Shown here piece after piece: positions 16,217-25,952 of a DNA stretch of 64,000 bases. The stretch's first letter is position 1. Every line of letters starts with the position of its first letter. Source of the stretch: a virus. The translations under genes and the position numbers were made by a program. The stretch lies in IMG/VR virus record IMGVR_UViG_3300045988_183115. The stretch is one strand, 5' to 3'. A model generated the notes under the pieces. It saw only the letters and a program-made list of their open reading frames with translations. It was not told the origin of the DNA and did no database searches.

Positions 16217-18142
16217 ATGATTGATTATAAAGCTGTTTTAAATGAGCAGCAATATGAAGCTGCTACAACAATTGATGGGCCATTACTTATTATTGCAGGA
16301 GCAGGTACAGGTAAAACAGCAACATTAATACATAGAGTTGCATATATGATAGAAAATGGAATTCCACCTCAGAGTATTCTGCTTTTAACATTCACTAATA
16401 AGGCAGCTAATGAAATGAGTGAAAGAGCTGCACAAATATTAGATGAAAGATGCAATAAAATTACTGCATGTACATATCATTCTTTTTGTGCCAAAATGTT
16501 AAGGATATATGGGGTTTTAGTTGGTCTAAGAAAAAACTTTACTATACTTTCTGAGAGCGATGTTGTAAATACAATTAAACTTCTTATAGCTGAAAATCCA
16601 GAAAAATATAAAATAAAAAGCGGCTTCTCTGTATCTGAAATTGCCAAAATATTTAGCATGTCAATTAATCAAGATTTACCATTAGAAACAGTTATTGGGC
16701 TTAAAGATAGTAACTTGGCATTTTTATCATATATATATACGGAGCTGTTTGAAAAATACAAAAATTATAAAAAGGAAAATAATCTGGTAGATTATGATGA
16801 TTTGTTAATATACTTTAACGAATTATTAGATAATAAAGCTGTCAGAAATCAAATTTCAAGCAGTTATAAATATATTATGGTAGATGAGTATCAAGATACC
16901 AATAATCTGCAGGAAAGAATTATATTTAAAATGGCTCAGAAATATGAGAATCTAGCAGTTGTAGGAGATGATTATCAAAGCATCTATGCTTTCAGAGGAA
17001 GCAATGTGTCTAACTTTATTAATTTCCCTAAAAAGCATAAAAATTGCAAAGTAATAAAACTTGAAAAGAATTATCGTTCCACTACAGAAATACTTAATTT
17101 AGCAAATTCAGTTATGAACCGGTATGCTAATTTTGGATATCCTAAGAATATGATAAGTAATAATAAACAAGGAACTATGCCTGAAGTCATAAGCCTTCAA
17201 AATCAGGCAGAAGAGGCAACCTGCATTTTAAATAGAATAATTAAGCTGCATAATAAAAATGTCCCATATAAGGATATAGCAGTGCTAGAGAAGTATTCCA
17301 GAGATTCAGCTATATTGGAAACATTGTTAATGAATAATAATATTCCGTACAAAAAAGTTGGAGGACCTAAATTTTTTGAAAGAGAAGCTGTCCAGGATAT
17401 CTTAGCCTATTTAAGAGTTATTGCTAATCCAATTGACACATTAGCGTGGTTTAGAATATTACAATTAATATATGGAATTGGTGATACATATGCAAGAAAT
17501 ATTGTAGAACATGTAACAGAAAAAGATTTCTTGCTGCATGAATATCCAACAAAAAAATTTCATCAAGACATGGAAAAATTGCATAATACAATTTTGAATT
17601 TTAGAATCAAGTATTATAGGAACAAGTTAAGTATCCCTGATCTTGTGCTAAAAATAAATGAATATTATATTGAACAAAGAAAAGAATTATTGGAAAATGC
17701 TAAATTAAATGAAGAGCAAAAAATAAATGAACAGGATAAATTAGATGATGATAAAAATATTTTAAAACAGTTGTATGAATTATGTACAGTGTTTAATCAT
17801 CACAAATCTTTAAACGCTTTTCTTGATAATTTAACTTTAGGGATGGATAACAAAGATGAAGAAAAGGGCTTGGTTATTTCAACAGTACATTCAGCAAAAG
17901 GTTTGGAATGGGAATATGTATTTGTACTTGATTGTGTTACAGGAGTTTACCCAGGATTTAATGCTATGAGCATGGCTGAAGAAGAAAGACAGGAAAATCT
18001 AAGAGTATTCTATGTTGCTATTACAAGAGCAAAAAAACAAATGTACTTATGTGTCCCAGAAATATATCATGAACGTAAAGTATATCTTACTCCATATTTA
18101 AAACATTTGAACAATCATATGTCGTTTTCAAATAATCGCTGA
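16217..18142 (+). CDS. UvrD/PcrA/Rep-family SF1 DNA helicase
   Basis: Walker A is AGAGTGKTATL. Motif Ia is LLLTFTNKAANEM. Motif II is VDEYQDTN. Motif III is VGDDYQSIYAFRG. Motif IV is NYRS. Motif VI is VAITRAK. Confidence 0.9.
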   Translation: MIDYKAVLNEQQYEAATTIDGPLLIIAGAGTGKTATLIHRVAYMIENGIPPQSILLLTFTNKAANEMSERAAQILDERCNKITACTYHSFCAKMLRIYGVLVGLRKNFTILSESDVVNTIKLLIAENPEKYKIKSGFSVSEIAKIFSMSINQDLPLETVIGLKDSNLAFLSYIYTELFEKYKNYKKENNLVDYDDLLIYFNELLDNKAVRNQISSSYKYIMVDEYQDTNNLQERIIFKMAQKYENLAVVGDDYQSIYAFRGSNVSNFINFPKKHKNCKVIKLEKNYRSTTEILNLANSVMNRYANFGYPKNMISNNKQGTMPEVISLQNQAEEATCILNRIIKLHNKNVPYKDIAVLEKYSRDSAILETLLMNNNIPYKKVGGPKFFEREAVQDILAYLRVIANPIDTLAWFRILQLIYGIGDTYARNIVEHVTEKDFLLHEYPTKKFHQDMEKLHNTILNFRIKYYRNKLSIPDLVLKINEYYIEQRKELLENAKLNEEQKINEQDKLDDDKNILKQLYELCTVFNHHKSLNAFLDNLTLGMDNKDEEKGLVISTVHSAKGLEWEYVFVLDCVTGVYPGFNAMSMAEEERQENLRVFYVAITRAKKQMYLCVPEIYHERKVYLTPYLKHLNNHMSFSNNR

Positions 18143-18263
18143 TATATTTAAAACTTAATAGTACCAGAAATAGCACTATGAGAGGGAAGAAAAAAACAGA
18201 AATTTGTGTCGAACAATTCAGTGATGGCAATGATATTAATAAAATATTAATCAGGAGGAATAT

Positions 18264-19073
18264 ATGACAAAGAAACCACCAATAGGGATAATACCACGCT
18301 ATATATGGGAATTAAAAAGAATAAAGGAACTTAAATCGGCGATTAGACGATTTATTGCCGCTGGAAAAGAAATTCCGATTGAATGGATAAATGAGTATAA
18401 TGATTTCTGCAAAAGATATGAATGTGCTGATAATTCTTCAAGTTCAGAATTAGAGGAAGATACTCTTTCACTTGAAGAAAAGAGTTCAATATCTATGGAT
18501 TCTGTAGCTAAAGCCATAAATGATTCCTGTTATCTTAAGTATCTCAGTATGGATATATTTAATAATGCTATGTTAAAAAATAAACAAAAGAATGACATGA
18601 TTTTGAGAAATGTAATTTTAGACAGTGAAAATGCGGATAAAAATACATTAATGCTAAAAAATCTAGCGGGTATAGCGCATAATCATGGCATAGATGTGAT
18701 TGTGTTCTGTAACGCTGAGAGACATGATTCATGGAAAAGAGAAGAAACAAAAGAGATTGATGAGATAAAAGACTATGTTTTGGCTTTTGGAAATGCTGCT
18801 AATGAATCTAATCATATAATAAATACCATGTGTATAGTTGATTTTGGAAAAGGTTCTCTTTTGGACTACGATAAGCAGATAAAAGATAGTATTTATTCTC
18901 TAACGAAGACAAGCAGAATAAATAATAACTATAATTTCATCACATGTAATGAACTTATTACCAACTTTGATAAATTTAATTCAGAGTATTATCCTATTTG
19001 CAACATGTTTAATATATATCAGTCAAAAACAGAGGAAGATTGTTATGAGCTGATAGTTATGGGCGATAATTGA
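18264..19073 (+). CDS. hypothetical protein
   Basis: 269-aa ORF with AGGAGGAA RBS. Confidence 0.55.
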   Translation: MTKKPPIGIIPRYIWELKRIKELKSAIRRFIAAGKEIPIEWINEYNDFCKRYECADNSSSSELEEDTLSLEEKSSISMDSVAKAINDSCYLKYLSMDIFNNAMLKNKQKNDMILRNVILDSENADKNTLMLKNLAGIAHNHGIDVIVFCNAERHDSWKREETKEIDEIKDYVLAFGNAANESNHIINTMCIVDFGKGSLLDYDKQIKDSIYSLTKTSRINNNYNFITCNELITNFDKFNSEYYPICNMFNIYQSKTEEDCYELIVMGDN

Positions 19074-19150
19074 TAATGCGTTAATGATAAAAATAGGAAC
19101 AAATGAGAAAAATCTGAGGTTTTTGCCTCGGATTTTGTCTACAGTCTAAT

Positions 19151-19178
19151 AGTGCCAAAAATGGCACTATTTTTTTAT
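19151..19178 (+). terminator. rho-independent terminator
   Basis: AGTGCCAAAAATGGCACTATTTTTTT. Confidence 0.7.
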
Positions 19179-19195
19179 GCAAGAAAAAATTTTTT

Positions 19196-19213
19196 TTTGT
19201 CTGTCATAAATAT
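19196..19213 (+). promoter_or_regulatory. conserved promoter-like motif
   Basis: TTTTTGTCTGTCATAAATAT lies ~37 nt upstream of 19244. Confidence 0.55.
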
Positions 19214-19243
19214 AATATAAGAATTTTCACTACGAGGTATTTT

Positions 19244-21010
19244 ATGACAAAACAGAAATTTTTAAATTGTGCAGATAAAAATGAGAAGAGGGCTATTAAA
19301 TTTATAACAGAACAAGAAAATGAGCAGTATCAATGCCATTATCAATTTGTTGCATTAAATGTTAATGATTCATCTAAGACAGCAGTTTTTAGGTCTAATG
19401 CAAAAGATGTGCTTTCTAATCTCAATAAAGATTATTTAAACGAAGAATATAATAGATATATGTGCATTAACCCATTAAAGACATCTGTTGTTTCAGATAA
19501 AGAATTCTATGACAAAATTGAAATAGGTTTTTCTACTTCAGGGTATAGTACTGGTAAAACACCACATAGTAGAATACAAAAGCGAATGGCTAGGTGTGAA
19601 AAGAACATATTCTGTCTAAAAGCTATATGTGTAAGAATAATATGGCCAGAAGAAGATTATAAAAACAATATTCAATATTTCCTCAATAACTATGATTATA
19701 TTTTAGGAGATGCCCCAAAGCCTAATATTATTAACGCTATATATAATGAAGTTGAATTAATATATGGCATTGAAGAATTATCAAAGGATCTCTTGTGGAA
19801 ATATAATCTGGTAGGAAAGGTATTATTACAGGTTATAAATAAACAAATAGACATGAATGGAATTTCATTAGGTTTCCCTGAAGTAGACAAAGAGTCAGTA
19901 AAATGTGACTCTTTAATTCGTGTACCTGGAACTTATGATGCAATAAATTTTGAGACTCCAACATTATTATTTATTAATAAGAATAAAACAACTGTACATG
20001 ATTTATATAACACATTACACCCTTTATATTTTATAAAGAATAATGACAGATTGCATGATATTGTAAACTATGAAGATTCAGACAGCAAAAGCAGCAATAA
20101 ATTAAACCTTCCTTCATATTTACAGGATAATTTAATAAACAGAATAGAATTCCTTAATAATTTTGCTAAGGATGCTGTTCCTAAGTATGTTGATAAATTA
20201 GATTTTGCATATTACGCATACAATACTTTGAGAGCAGCATATGATGATGAAACTGCAAAAAAGGAAATGCTGAAGCTGACAAAGAAAACTTCAGAGCCAT
20301 TATCAATTGATGAATTAGAACTATTTACATTCAAAGATTTTAATAATGTTAATAATGTGAATTGGTGTAAATTTAAAACAACGACCTTCATAAAAGGGTT
20401 AGGGTTGGATCCACTTACAGCAAGAAGAGAATATGGTCTTAAAAATCTTGAAGGCTATAGAATGGAAGAAAAGTTAAAGAAAAAAGAACAGGTAGAAAGA
20501 AACAAAAAACGAAGAGAATTTAAATATAATAAAATTGTAGAATTATATGCAATGGGTAAAACATATAAGGAAATAATGAAAGAATTGCATGTATCTTCAA
20601 ATGTAATTTCACGAAAGCTTACTGAAGATGCTGACAGACTTGAACAGATAAAAAATAATATCAAAGAAATTAATAAAAGAAAAATTGTTGGCGCTACACG
20701 GAGGAATCCCATAATAGACAAACAAAAGCTTGTAAAAAAATATAAAGAAAAGTTAGATACAATAAAAAAACATACAAACAAATATAGAATACTTAGAAAG
20801 AAGATAAAGGAATTTATTTTAAATTCAAGCTTTTTTAATTCATTTGAAAAAATATATTATCAGGACAAAAAATGGGGATTATGGAAAGATGATGTTGACG
20901 ATATCATCTTTAAACTTGATGCCTGCGGATTTATGGATAAACATAGCTTAAGTCATAATGACGTAAGTATTGCTCTTAATCCAAATTACAGGCTAGTATT
21001 TGATTTATAA
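19244..21010 (+). CDS. hypothetical protein (588 aa) with C-terminal HTH-like segment
   Basis: Long ORF. YAMGKTYKEIMKELHVSSNVISRKL resembles a helix-turn-helix. Function unknown. Confidence 0.6.
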   Translation: MTKQKFLNCADKNEKRAIKFITEQENEQYQCHYQFVALNVNDSSKTAVFRSNAKDVLSNLNKDYLNEEYNRYMCINPLKTSVVSDKEFYDKIEIGFSTSGYSTGKTPHSRIQKRMARCEKNIFCLKAICVRIIWPEEDYKNNIQYFLNNYDYILGDAPKPNIINAIYNEVELIYGIEELSKDLLWKYNLVGKVLLQVINKQIDMNGISLGFPEVDKESVKCDSLIRVPGTYDAINFETPTLLFINKNKTTVHDLYNTLHPLYFIKNNDRLHDIVNYEDSDSKSSNKLNLPSYLQDNLINRIEFLNNFAKDAVPKYVDKLDFAYYAYNTLRAAYDDETAKKEMLKLTKKTSEPLSIDELELFTFKDFNNVNNVNWCKFKTTTFIKGLGLDPLTARREYGLKNLEGYRMEEKLKKKEQVERNKKRREFKYNKIVELYAMGKTYKEIMKELHVSSNVISRKLTEDADRLEQIKNNIKEINKRKIVGATRRNPIIDKQKLVKKYKEKLDTIKKHTNKYRILRKKIKEFILNSSFFNSFEKIYYQDKKWGLWKDDVDDIIFKLDACGFMDKHSLSHNDVSIALNPNYRLVFDL

Positions 21011-21366
21011 AAAAATAATATCAATATTTTAGAATTTGGAATGGCGTATACACGGTATTCTTATTAAAGTTACCCTAAAATCAAATGAATCATTTCATAT
21101 ATTATTTTTATAAATTTTAAAAATATCAACAGCACCCAGAATTATATTTTTGAATATTTTTGATATATAAATTAATCTATTAATAAGCTGATTTATATTT
21201 TAGTAATTATTTGTTTTCTAAAATGTAATTTTACAAAAATTATAGTAAAACTCCATACTCTATTATTAATAAATTTGATATTTTCATATTAATTAAATTA
21301 AGTCTAAAAATTACTTTATCATTTATTGTAATAAGGGAATAAAAATTATATACATACTCCTATTAA

Positions 21367-21384
21367 TTTTTCTGTCATATATCT
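21367..21384 (+). promoter_or_regulatory. conserved promoter-like motif
   Basis: TTTTTCTGTCATATATCT lies ~39 nt upstream of 21417. A ~350-bp AT-rich gene-free stretch lies upstream. Confidence 0.55.
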
Positions 21385-21416
21385 ATCAGAATATAATTAA
21401 TAAAGGAGAAGAAATA

Positions 21417-21803
21417 ATGAATAAAAATATATTAAATCATTTTTTCTTAAAGAAATATAACTCTGTTGCTGCAGGTTATACAACTTATTGGCGTGATATT
21501 GAAAAATATACAGCTATGCAGCAGACAAAGTTATGTGTAACTTTGTTAATTTCTATTTTTACAAATTTGAATTTATTAACTACAGGTTTAATACATATTA
21601 TATTAAGTATAATAAGTATTTTGTCTTATGTTATATTCTTTACTATTCTTATAGGATTTATAAATGATGTACATTATTTTAAATCTGATGTAAGAAGAGT
21701 AAAACAATATTCTTTCTTAGTGGATGAAAGAATTATTCAAATTTGTAAAGAGATAGATAAACTTCCTAAGTATTATTATTCAGGGTTGTTTTTCTATTTA
21801 TGA
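21417..21803 (+). CDS. hypothetical membrane protein
   Basis: 128-aa ORF with AAAGGAGAAG RBS and two hydrophobic helices. Confidence 0.55.
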   Translation: MNKNILNHFFLKKYNSVAAGYTTYWRDIEKYTAMQQTKLCVTLLISIFTNLNLLTTGLIHIILSIISILSYVIFFTILIGFINDVHYFKSDVRRVKQYSFLVDERIIQICKEIDKLPKYYYSGLFFYL

Positions 21804-21858
21804 TTCAGAAGCATACATTGTATTGCATAAAACAATATAATGTATGCTTTTTATTTTA

Positions 21859-21876
21859 TTTTTCTGTCATTAATTT
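21859..21876 (+). promoter_or_regulatory. conserved promoter-like motif
   Basis: TTTTTCTGTCATTAATTT. A terminator-like hairpin (21800..21855) lies just upstream. Confidence 0.55.
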
Positions 21877-21908
21877 GTTAAATAATATTGAAAAGGAGAA
21901 CAAATTAT

Positions 21909-23660
21909 ATGTGTATAACATGGAAGAAGAAAAATACTGATGAGGTAAATTTTATTGAAAAAGCAAATAAATATTTTGCTGATTTTAATAATGGTAGAGA
22001 AACATCTGAATATTACAAAATTTCCGATTTTGACAAGGCGTTTAATTTACTTAGTTTATTTAAATATAAGCCAGTTAGAATAATAGGAGATTATGATACC
22101 GATGGAATATGTTCAACATCTGAATTAAATCTTATGTTGTTAGACCTTAAATTCTCAGATGTAAAATGGTATATACCAGATAGAGAATTAGATGGATATG
22201 GAGCTTCTGCAAATATTGTAGAATATTTATGTAATGAAATATCAATTCATGGTTTACCAGTTATAAAAAATTATGATACAGGATTGTTAATAACTGTAGA
22301 TAATGGTATCGCAGCTCTTGACGCAATAACAAAGGCAAAAGAATTAGGTTGGAGTGTTCTTATTTTAGATCATCACCTTCCAGTTACTGACGAAACCAAT
22401 AAAAAAATATTGCCACCTGCAGATGTAATTATTGATCCTCATGCAGTTGATTGTGGTGCAAAATTCTCAGATTATTGTGGTGCAGGGCTTGTATATAAAT
22501 TTGCTCAGCATATTAAGCAATTAAATTTGCCAGAATGGTATATCAAAGATGAAACAATAGATAAGATAAATGGTCTTGCTGCTATCGCAACTGTTGGTGA
22601 TAGTGTTAATTTAATTGAAAATATTAATGGAGTATATGGATATGATAATTATTTAATACTCAAGAACGGGTTATTTACATTAACACAGAATTCTGGACGT
22701 ACAACCGGAATGTTCTGCTTACTTGTAGGCCTTAAACCTGATCTTGAAACTGTTGTAACAACTGATGATTTAGCTTATTTAATAAGTCCTACCATTAACG
22801 CTATTTCAAGACTGGAAACTTTTGGTTCTAATCAGGTAGTAGACCTTTTCCTTCAGAATGACAACGACTTTGTTACAGCAATTGCAAAAGCAAAGGTTCT
22901 AGTAGAAGCAAACGAAAGAAGAAAGGCATATACTAATGACCTTTTACCTGTTTTAAAACAGCGTATAGAGGAAGCTCATATGGAAAATGACTATCCTATT
23001 GTTATATGTGGTAAGGAAGGAGAAATACATCCGGGAGTTATTGGCTTAATTGCCGGTAAGTTACAGGAAGAATACAATACTTCTGTTATTGTATTTGCTC
23101 CAATAAATAATGGTACCGCCTATAAAGGTTCTGCAAGAGCACCAGAAATTGAAGGGGCAAATGTTAATATGAAGTTATTATTAGATCAGGTTAAGCAGTA
23201 TATGGGTAATTATGGAGGACATCCGTATGCAGCAGGTATTTCAGAAGTTAAAGCTGAAAATATGGATAAGTTTATTGAAGCTATACATGAAGCTGCAGGA
23301 GAAAAGCCAAAAGAGTTCAATTACAAGTATTATGATTACGATATTACAGTAGAGCAGGTAAAGGAAGAGCAGGAAGCCTTTCATAATTATATCTTTGGCA
23401 AAGGATTTGAAGAGCCAAGATATAAAATTTCTTATATGACAGAACTAAGAAAAGGTGTATATTATCAGCTTTTGGGTGCTGAAAAAAAGGTTTTAAAACT
23501 CTTTAATAATCAGGCTAACGCAATTAATTTTGGCGGGTTAGTTGAAAAATTTGAAAAGCTTGGAGAACCAACTGTTTTAACTTTATATGGAAGATTAAGT
23601 GAAAATACATGGAATGGCGTAACAACTCCACAGATTATTTTCGATGATATTGATTATTAA
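21909..23660 (+). CDS. RecJ-like DHH-family single-strand DNA exonuclease
   Basis: DHH motifs are DYDTDGICS, LILDHHLP and the DHHA1-type GGHPYAAG. ATG at 21909 follows AAAGGAGAA; the ORF track start at 21888 is too early. Confidence 0.8.
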   Translation: MCITWKKKNTDEVNFIEKANKYFADFNNGRETSEYYKISDFDKAFNLLSLFKYKPVRIIGDYDTDGICSTSELNLMLLDLKFSDVKWYIPDRELDGYGASANIVEYLCNEISIHGLPVIKNYDTGLLITVDNGIAALDAITKAKELGWSVLILDHHLPVTDETNKKILPPADVIIDPHAVDCGAKFSDYCGAGLVYKFAQHIKQLNLPEWYIKDETIDKINGLAAIATVGDSVNLIENINGVYGYDNYLILKNGLFTLTQNSGRTTGMFCLLVGLKPDLETVVTTDDLAYLISPTINAISRLETFGSNQVVDLFLQNDNDFVTAIAKAKVLVEANERRKAYTNDLLPVLKQRIEEAHMENDYPIVICGKEGEIHPGVIGLIAGKLQEEYNTSVIVFAPINNGTAYKGSARAPEIEGANVNMKLLLDQVKQYMGNYGGHPYAAGISEVKAENMDKFIEAIHEAAGEKPKEFNYKYYDYDITVEQVKEEQEAFHNYIFGKGFEEPRYKISYMTELRKGVYYQLLGAEKKVLKLFNNQANAINFGGLVEKFEKLGEPTVLTLYGRLSENTWNGVTTPQIIFDDIDY

Positions 23661-23741
23661 TATCTGAATACACAACACAACAACTAAATATTTTAATAAA
23701 TAAGGCAATTTCATTGATTTGAGATTGTCTTATTTTTCTTT

Positions 23742-23759
23742 TTAAGCTGTCATATTTTT
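23742..23759 (+). promoter_or_regulatory. conserved promoter-like motif
   Basis: TTAAGCTGTCATATTTTT lies ~38 nt upstream of 23791. Confidence 0.55.
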
Positions 23760-23790
23760 AATATAAAGTTTTATATATTGGAGGAAAAAT

Positions 23791-24282
23791 ATGGAAAATA
23801 ATAGACAGATTATATTAGCAATAGATCCAGGAGATGTTAAATCGGCTTATTCATTATTAGATAGTAATTATCATATATTGGACAAAGGATTATTAGATAA
23901 TAATGAATTATTAAAATTAATGAATAAAATTGATTTTGATATTTTAGCAATAGAAATGATAGCTTCATATGGTATGGCAGTAGGAAAAACTGTATTTGAT
24001 ACATGTGTATGGATTGGCAGATTCATTCAAGTAACTGAAAGCAGAAATATTAAATGGACGCAAATATACAGAATAGAAGAAAAACAATTTATTTGCCATG
24101 ATTCAAGAGCAAAGGATGCGAATATAAGGCAAGCATTAATAGATAGATTTGGAATTGTAGGAACTAAAAAGAATCCGGGATGGTTTTATGGCTTTAAAAA
24201 AGATATCTGGGCTTCATATGCTGTTGGTGTAGTCTATTTAGATAAAAAGAGAGAAGAGTTGCTTAAACAAAATGTCTCTTAA
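23791..24282 (+). CDS. RuvC-like Holliday junction resolvase
   Basis: N-terminal ILAIDPGDVKSAY (RuvC-I aspartate). Mid-protein acidic residue. C-terminal SRAKDANIRQALI...DIWASYAVG resembles RuvC C-terminal motifs. 163 aa. Confidence 0.6.
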   Translation: MENNRQIILAIDPGDVKSAYSLLDSNYHILDKGLLDNNELLKLMNKIDFDILAIEMIASYGMAVGKTVFDTCVWIGRFIQVTESRNIKWTQIYRIEEKQFICHDSRAKDANIRQALIDRFGIVGTKKNPGWFYGFKKDIWASYAVGVVYLDKKREELLKQNVS

Positions 24283-24320
24283 ATATAAATTAAATTAATT
24301 TATGTAAAAAATTGTTCAAC

Positions 24321-24338
24321 AAAAACTGTCATATATAT
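24321..24338 (+). promoter_or_regulatory. conserved promoter-like motif
   Basis: AAAAACTGTCATATATATC lies ~41 nt upstream of 24373. Confidence 0.55.
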
Positions 24339-24372
24339 CAATGTATAAATTATTTTTTAGGAGGAATTAAAT

Positions 24373-25467
24373 ATGGGAAGACCACCAAAGAATATTAATA
24401 CCGAAACACAGGGTAACGAATCAATTTCAAATGACAAATTAAAAGCACTTGATGCTGCAATGTTAGAAATTGAAAAGACCTATGGCAAAGGTTCTGTCTT
24501 TAAATTAGGTGATACAAAGAAATTAAATGTTGAAACATTTTCATCAGGTTCCTTAGCACTGGATCAGGCTTTAGGCGGAGGAATTCCAAAAGGAAGAATT
24601 ATAGAAGTATTTGGCCCGGAATCAAGTGGTAAAACAACTTTAACCTTGCATATGATTGCAGAAATACAAAAAAATGGTGGAATTGCCGGGTTTATTGATG
24701 CTGAACATGCATTAGACCCTGTTTATGCTTCTAATTTAGGTGTGGATATAAATAATTTATATATTTCACAGCCAGACAGCGGAGAACAGGCTTTAGAAAT
24801 AGCAGAAACAATGGTAAGATCCGGAGCTTTAGATTTGGTTGTAATAGATTCTGTAGCAGCTCTTGTACCTAAGGCAGAAATTGATGGAGAAATGGGGGAT
24901 TCACATGTTGGATTACAAGCAAGACTTATGTCGCAGGCTTTAAGGAAACTGACTCCCGTTGTAAGTAAAAGTAATTGTTCAGTTATTTTTATTAATCAGT
25001 TAAGAGAAAAGGTTGGAATTATGTTTGGCAACCCAGAAACAACAACTGGGGGACGAGCATTAAAGTTTTACTCTTCTGTAAGAATTGATGTACGAAGAAT
25101 TGAGTCAATTAAGGAAGGCGGAGCTATTGTTGCTAACAGAACAAAAGCAAAGGTAGTTAAAAATAAAATAGCTCCTCCATTTAAGGAGGCAACATTTGAA
25201 ATTTCATTTGGTAAAGGTATAGACAAGAATGGTGAAATAATTGATTTAGCTGTTGAACATGGATTTATCAATAAAACTGGAGCTTGGTTTACAGATGCAG
25301 AAGATTCTAGTTTAAGATGGCAGGGCAGAGCAAATGCTAAATTATATATAGAAGAGCACTCGGAATATAAAGATAAATTAGAAACTTTAATCAGAAAAAG
25401 ACTTAAGGGAGAAGACGACATTTCACCCTTTATTGAAAAAAATATAAAAAATGTAATTGATGAGTAA
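24373..25467 (+). CDS. recA: RecA recombinase
   Basis: Walker A is [18 protein letters not shown] is present. L1/L2 region [15 protein letters not shown]. Length 364 aa. Colinear with bacterial RecA. Confidence 0.95.
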   Translation: MGRPPKNINTETQGNESISNDKLKALDAAMLEIEKTYGKGSVFKLGDTKKLNVETFSSGSLALDQALGGGIPKGRIIEVFGPESSGKTTLTLHMIAEIQKNGGIAGFIDAEHALDPVYASNLGVDINNLYISQPDSGEQALEIAETMVRSGALDLVVIDSVAALVPKAEIDGEMGDSHVGLQARLMSQALRKLTPVVSKSNCSVIFINQLREKVGIMFGNPETTTGGRALKFYSSVRIDVRRIESIKEGGAIVANRTKAKVVKNKIAPPFKEATFEISFGKGIDKNGEIIDLAVEHGFINKTGAWFTDAEDSSLRWQGRANAKLYIEEHSEYKDKLETLIRKRLKGEDDISPFIEKNIKNVIDE

Positions 25468-25486
25468 AAATCATCATATTATTTTT

Positions 25487-25504
25487 TATTTCTGTCATAT
25501 TATA
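25487..25504 (+). promoter_or_regulatory. conserved promoter-like motif with no ORF downstream
   Basis: TTATTTCTGTCATATTAT. No ORF follows until 25953; a strong terminator lies at 25872. Confidence 0.5.
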
Positions 25505-25908
25505 TATGCTTTCAAATTAATGGAGTATTTTGAGTATTATTTACAACATCCTACTTTTTAAAATAAAAAACAATTTGGTTATTATATTTGTTGTAAGCTG
25601 ACTCAGATTTATATTTTAAGGCATAATATATATAGCATCCTACTTTTTAATACTCAAATAGTAAGTATGATTATATCAGGTTTTCTTTTGAGATATCCTG
25701 CGGGATTAAATAAAGAATAAACTTGTTATAATCATAAATCCTTTTGCTATATGCTGATGTATTAAAATATAAAAAAATATATAATAATATTTATGCTAAA
25801 CATCCTACTTTTATTCTAAATTATGAAAAATTATTTTTTTTGTTTAACGCTGATTATTATATTATTTGAGTCTTAATGTCATAGTAAATAAACTATGATA
25901 TTAAGACT
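25505..25908 (+). ncRNA. candidate non-coding transcript / iteron-bearing region between recA and the 844-aa gene
   Basis: Promoter-to-terminator unit without an ORF. Three direct copies of (A/G)CATCCTACTTTT(T)A at 25546, 25635 and 25799. Internal inverted repeat TATGATTATA/TATAATCATA. Confidence 0.35.
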
Positions 25909-25912
25909 TTTT
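25872..25912 (+). terminator. rho-independent terminator
   Basis: AGTCTTAATGTCATAGTAAATAAACTATGATATTAAGACTTTTTTTG. Confidence 0.7.
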
Positions 25913-25952
25913 TTGTAAGAACTATTGTGTTTATTTTTTTGGAGGTTATATT

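Noticed and set aside
18150-18200. Repeat between 18158..18180 and 19148..19176 (CTTAATAGTACCAGAAATAGCACTATG versus CTAATAGTGCCAAAAATGGCACTATTT)
   Set aside because: About 80% identity over 28 nt only. The second copy is a functional terminator hairpin; the first has a weakened stem. Likely an ancestral duplicated terminator, not a new element class.
25546-25812. Possible CRISPR array (direct repeats near 25.5 kb and again near 57.1 kb)
   Set aside because: Repeats are only 13-16 nt and irregularly spaced (about 90 and 165 bp apart at 25.5 kb; 44-88 bp at 57.1 kb). They are AT-rich, without uniform spacer lengths and without cas genes nearby. Iterons or binding sites are the better explanation.
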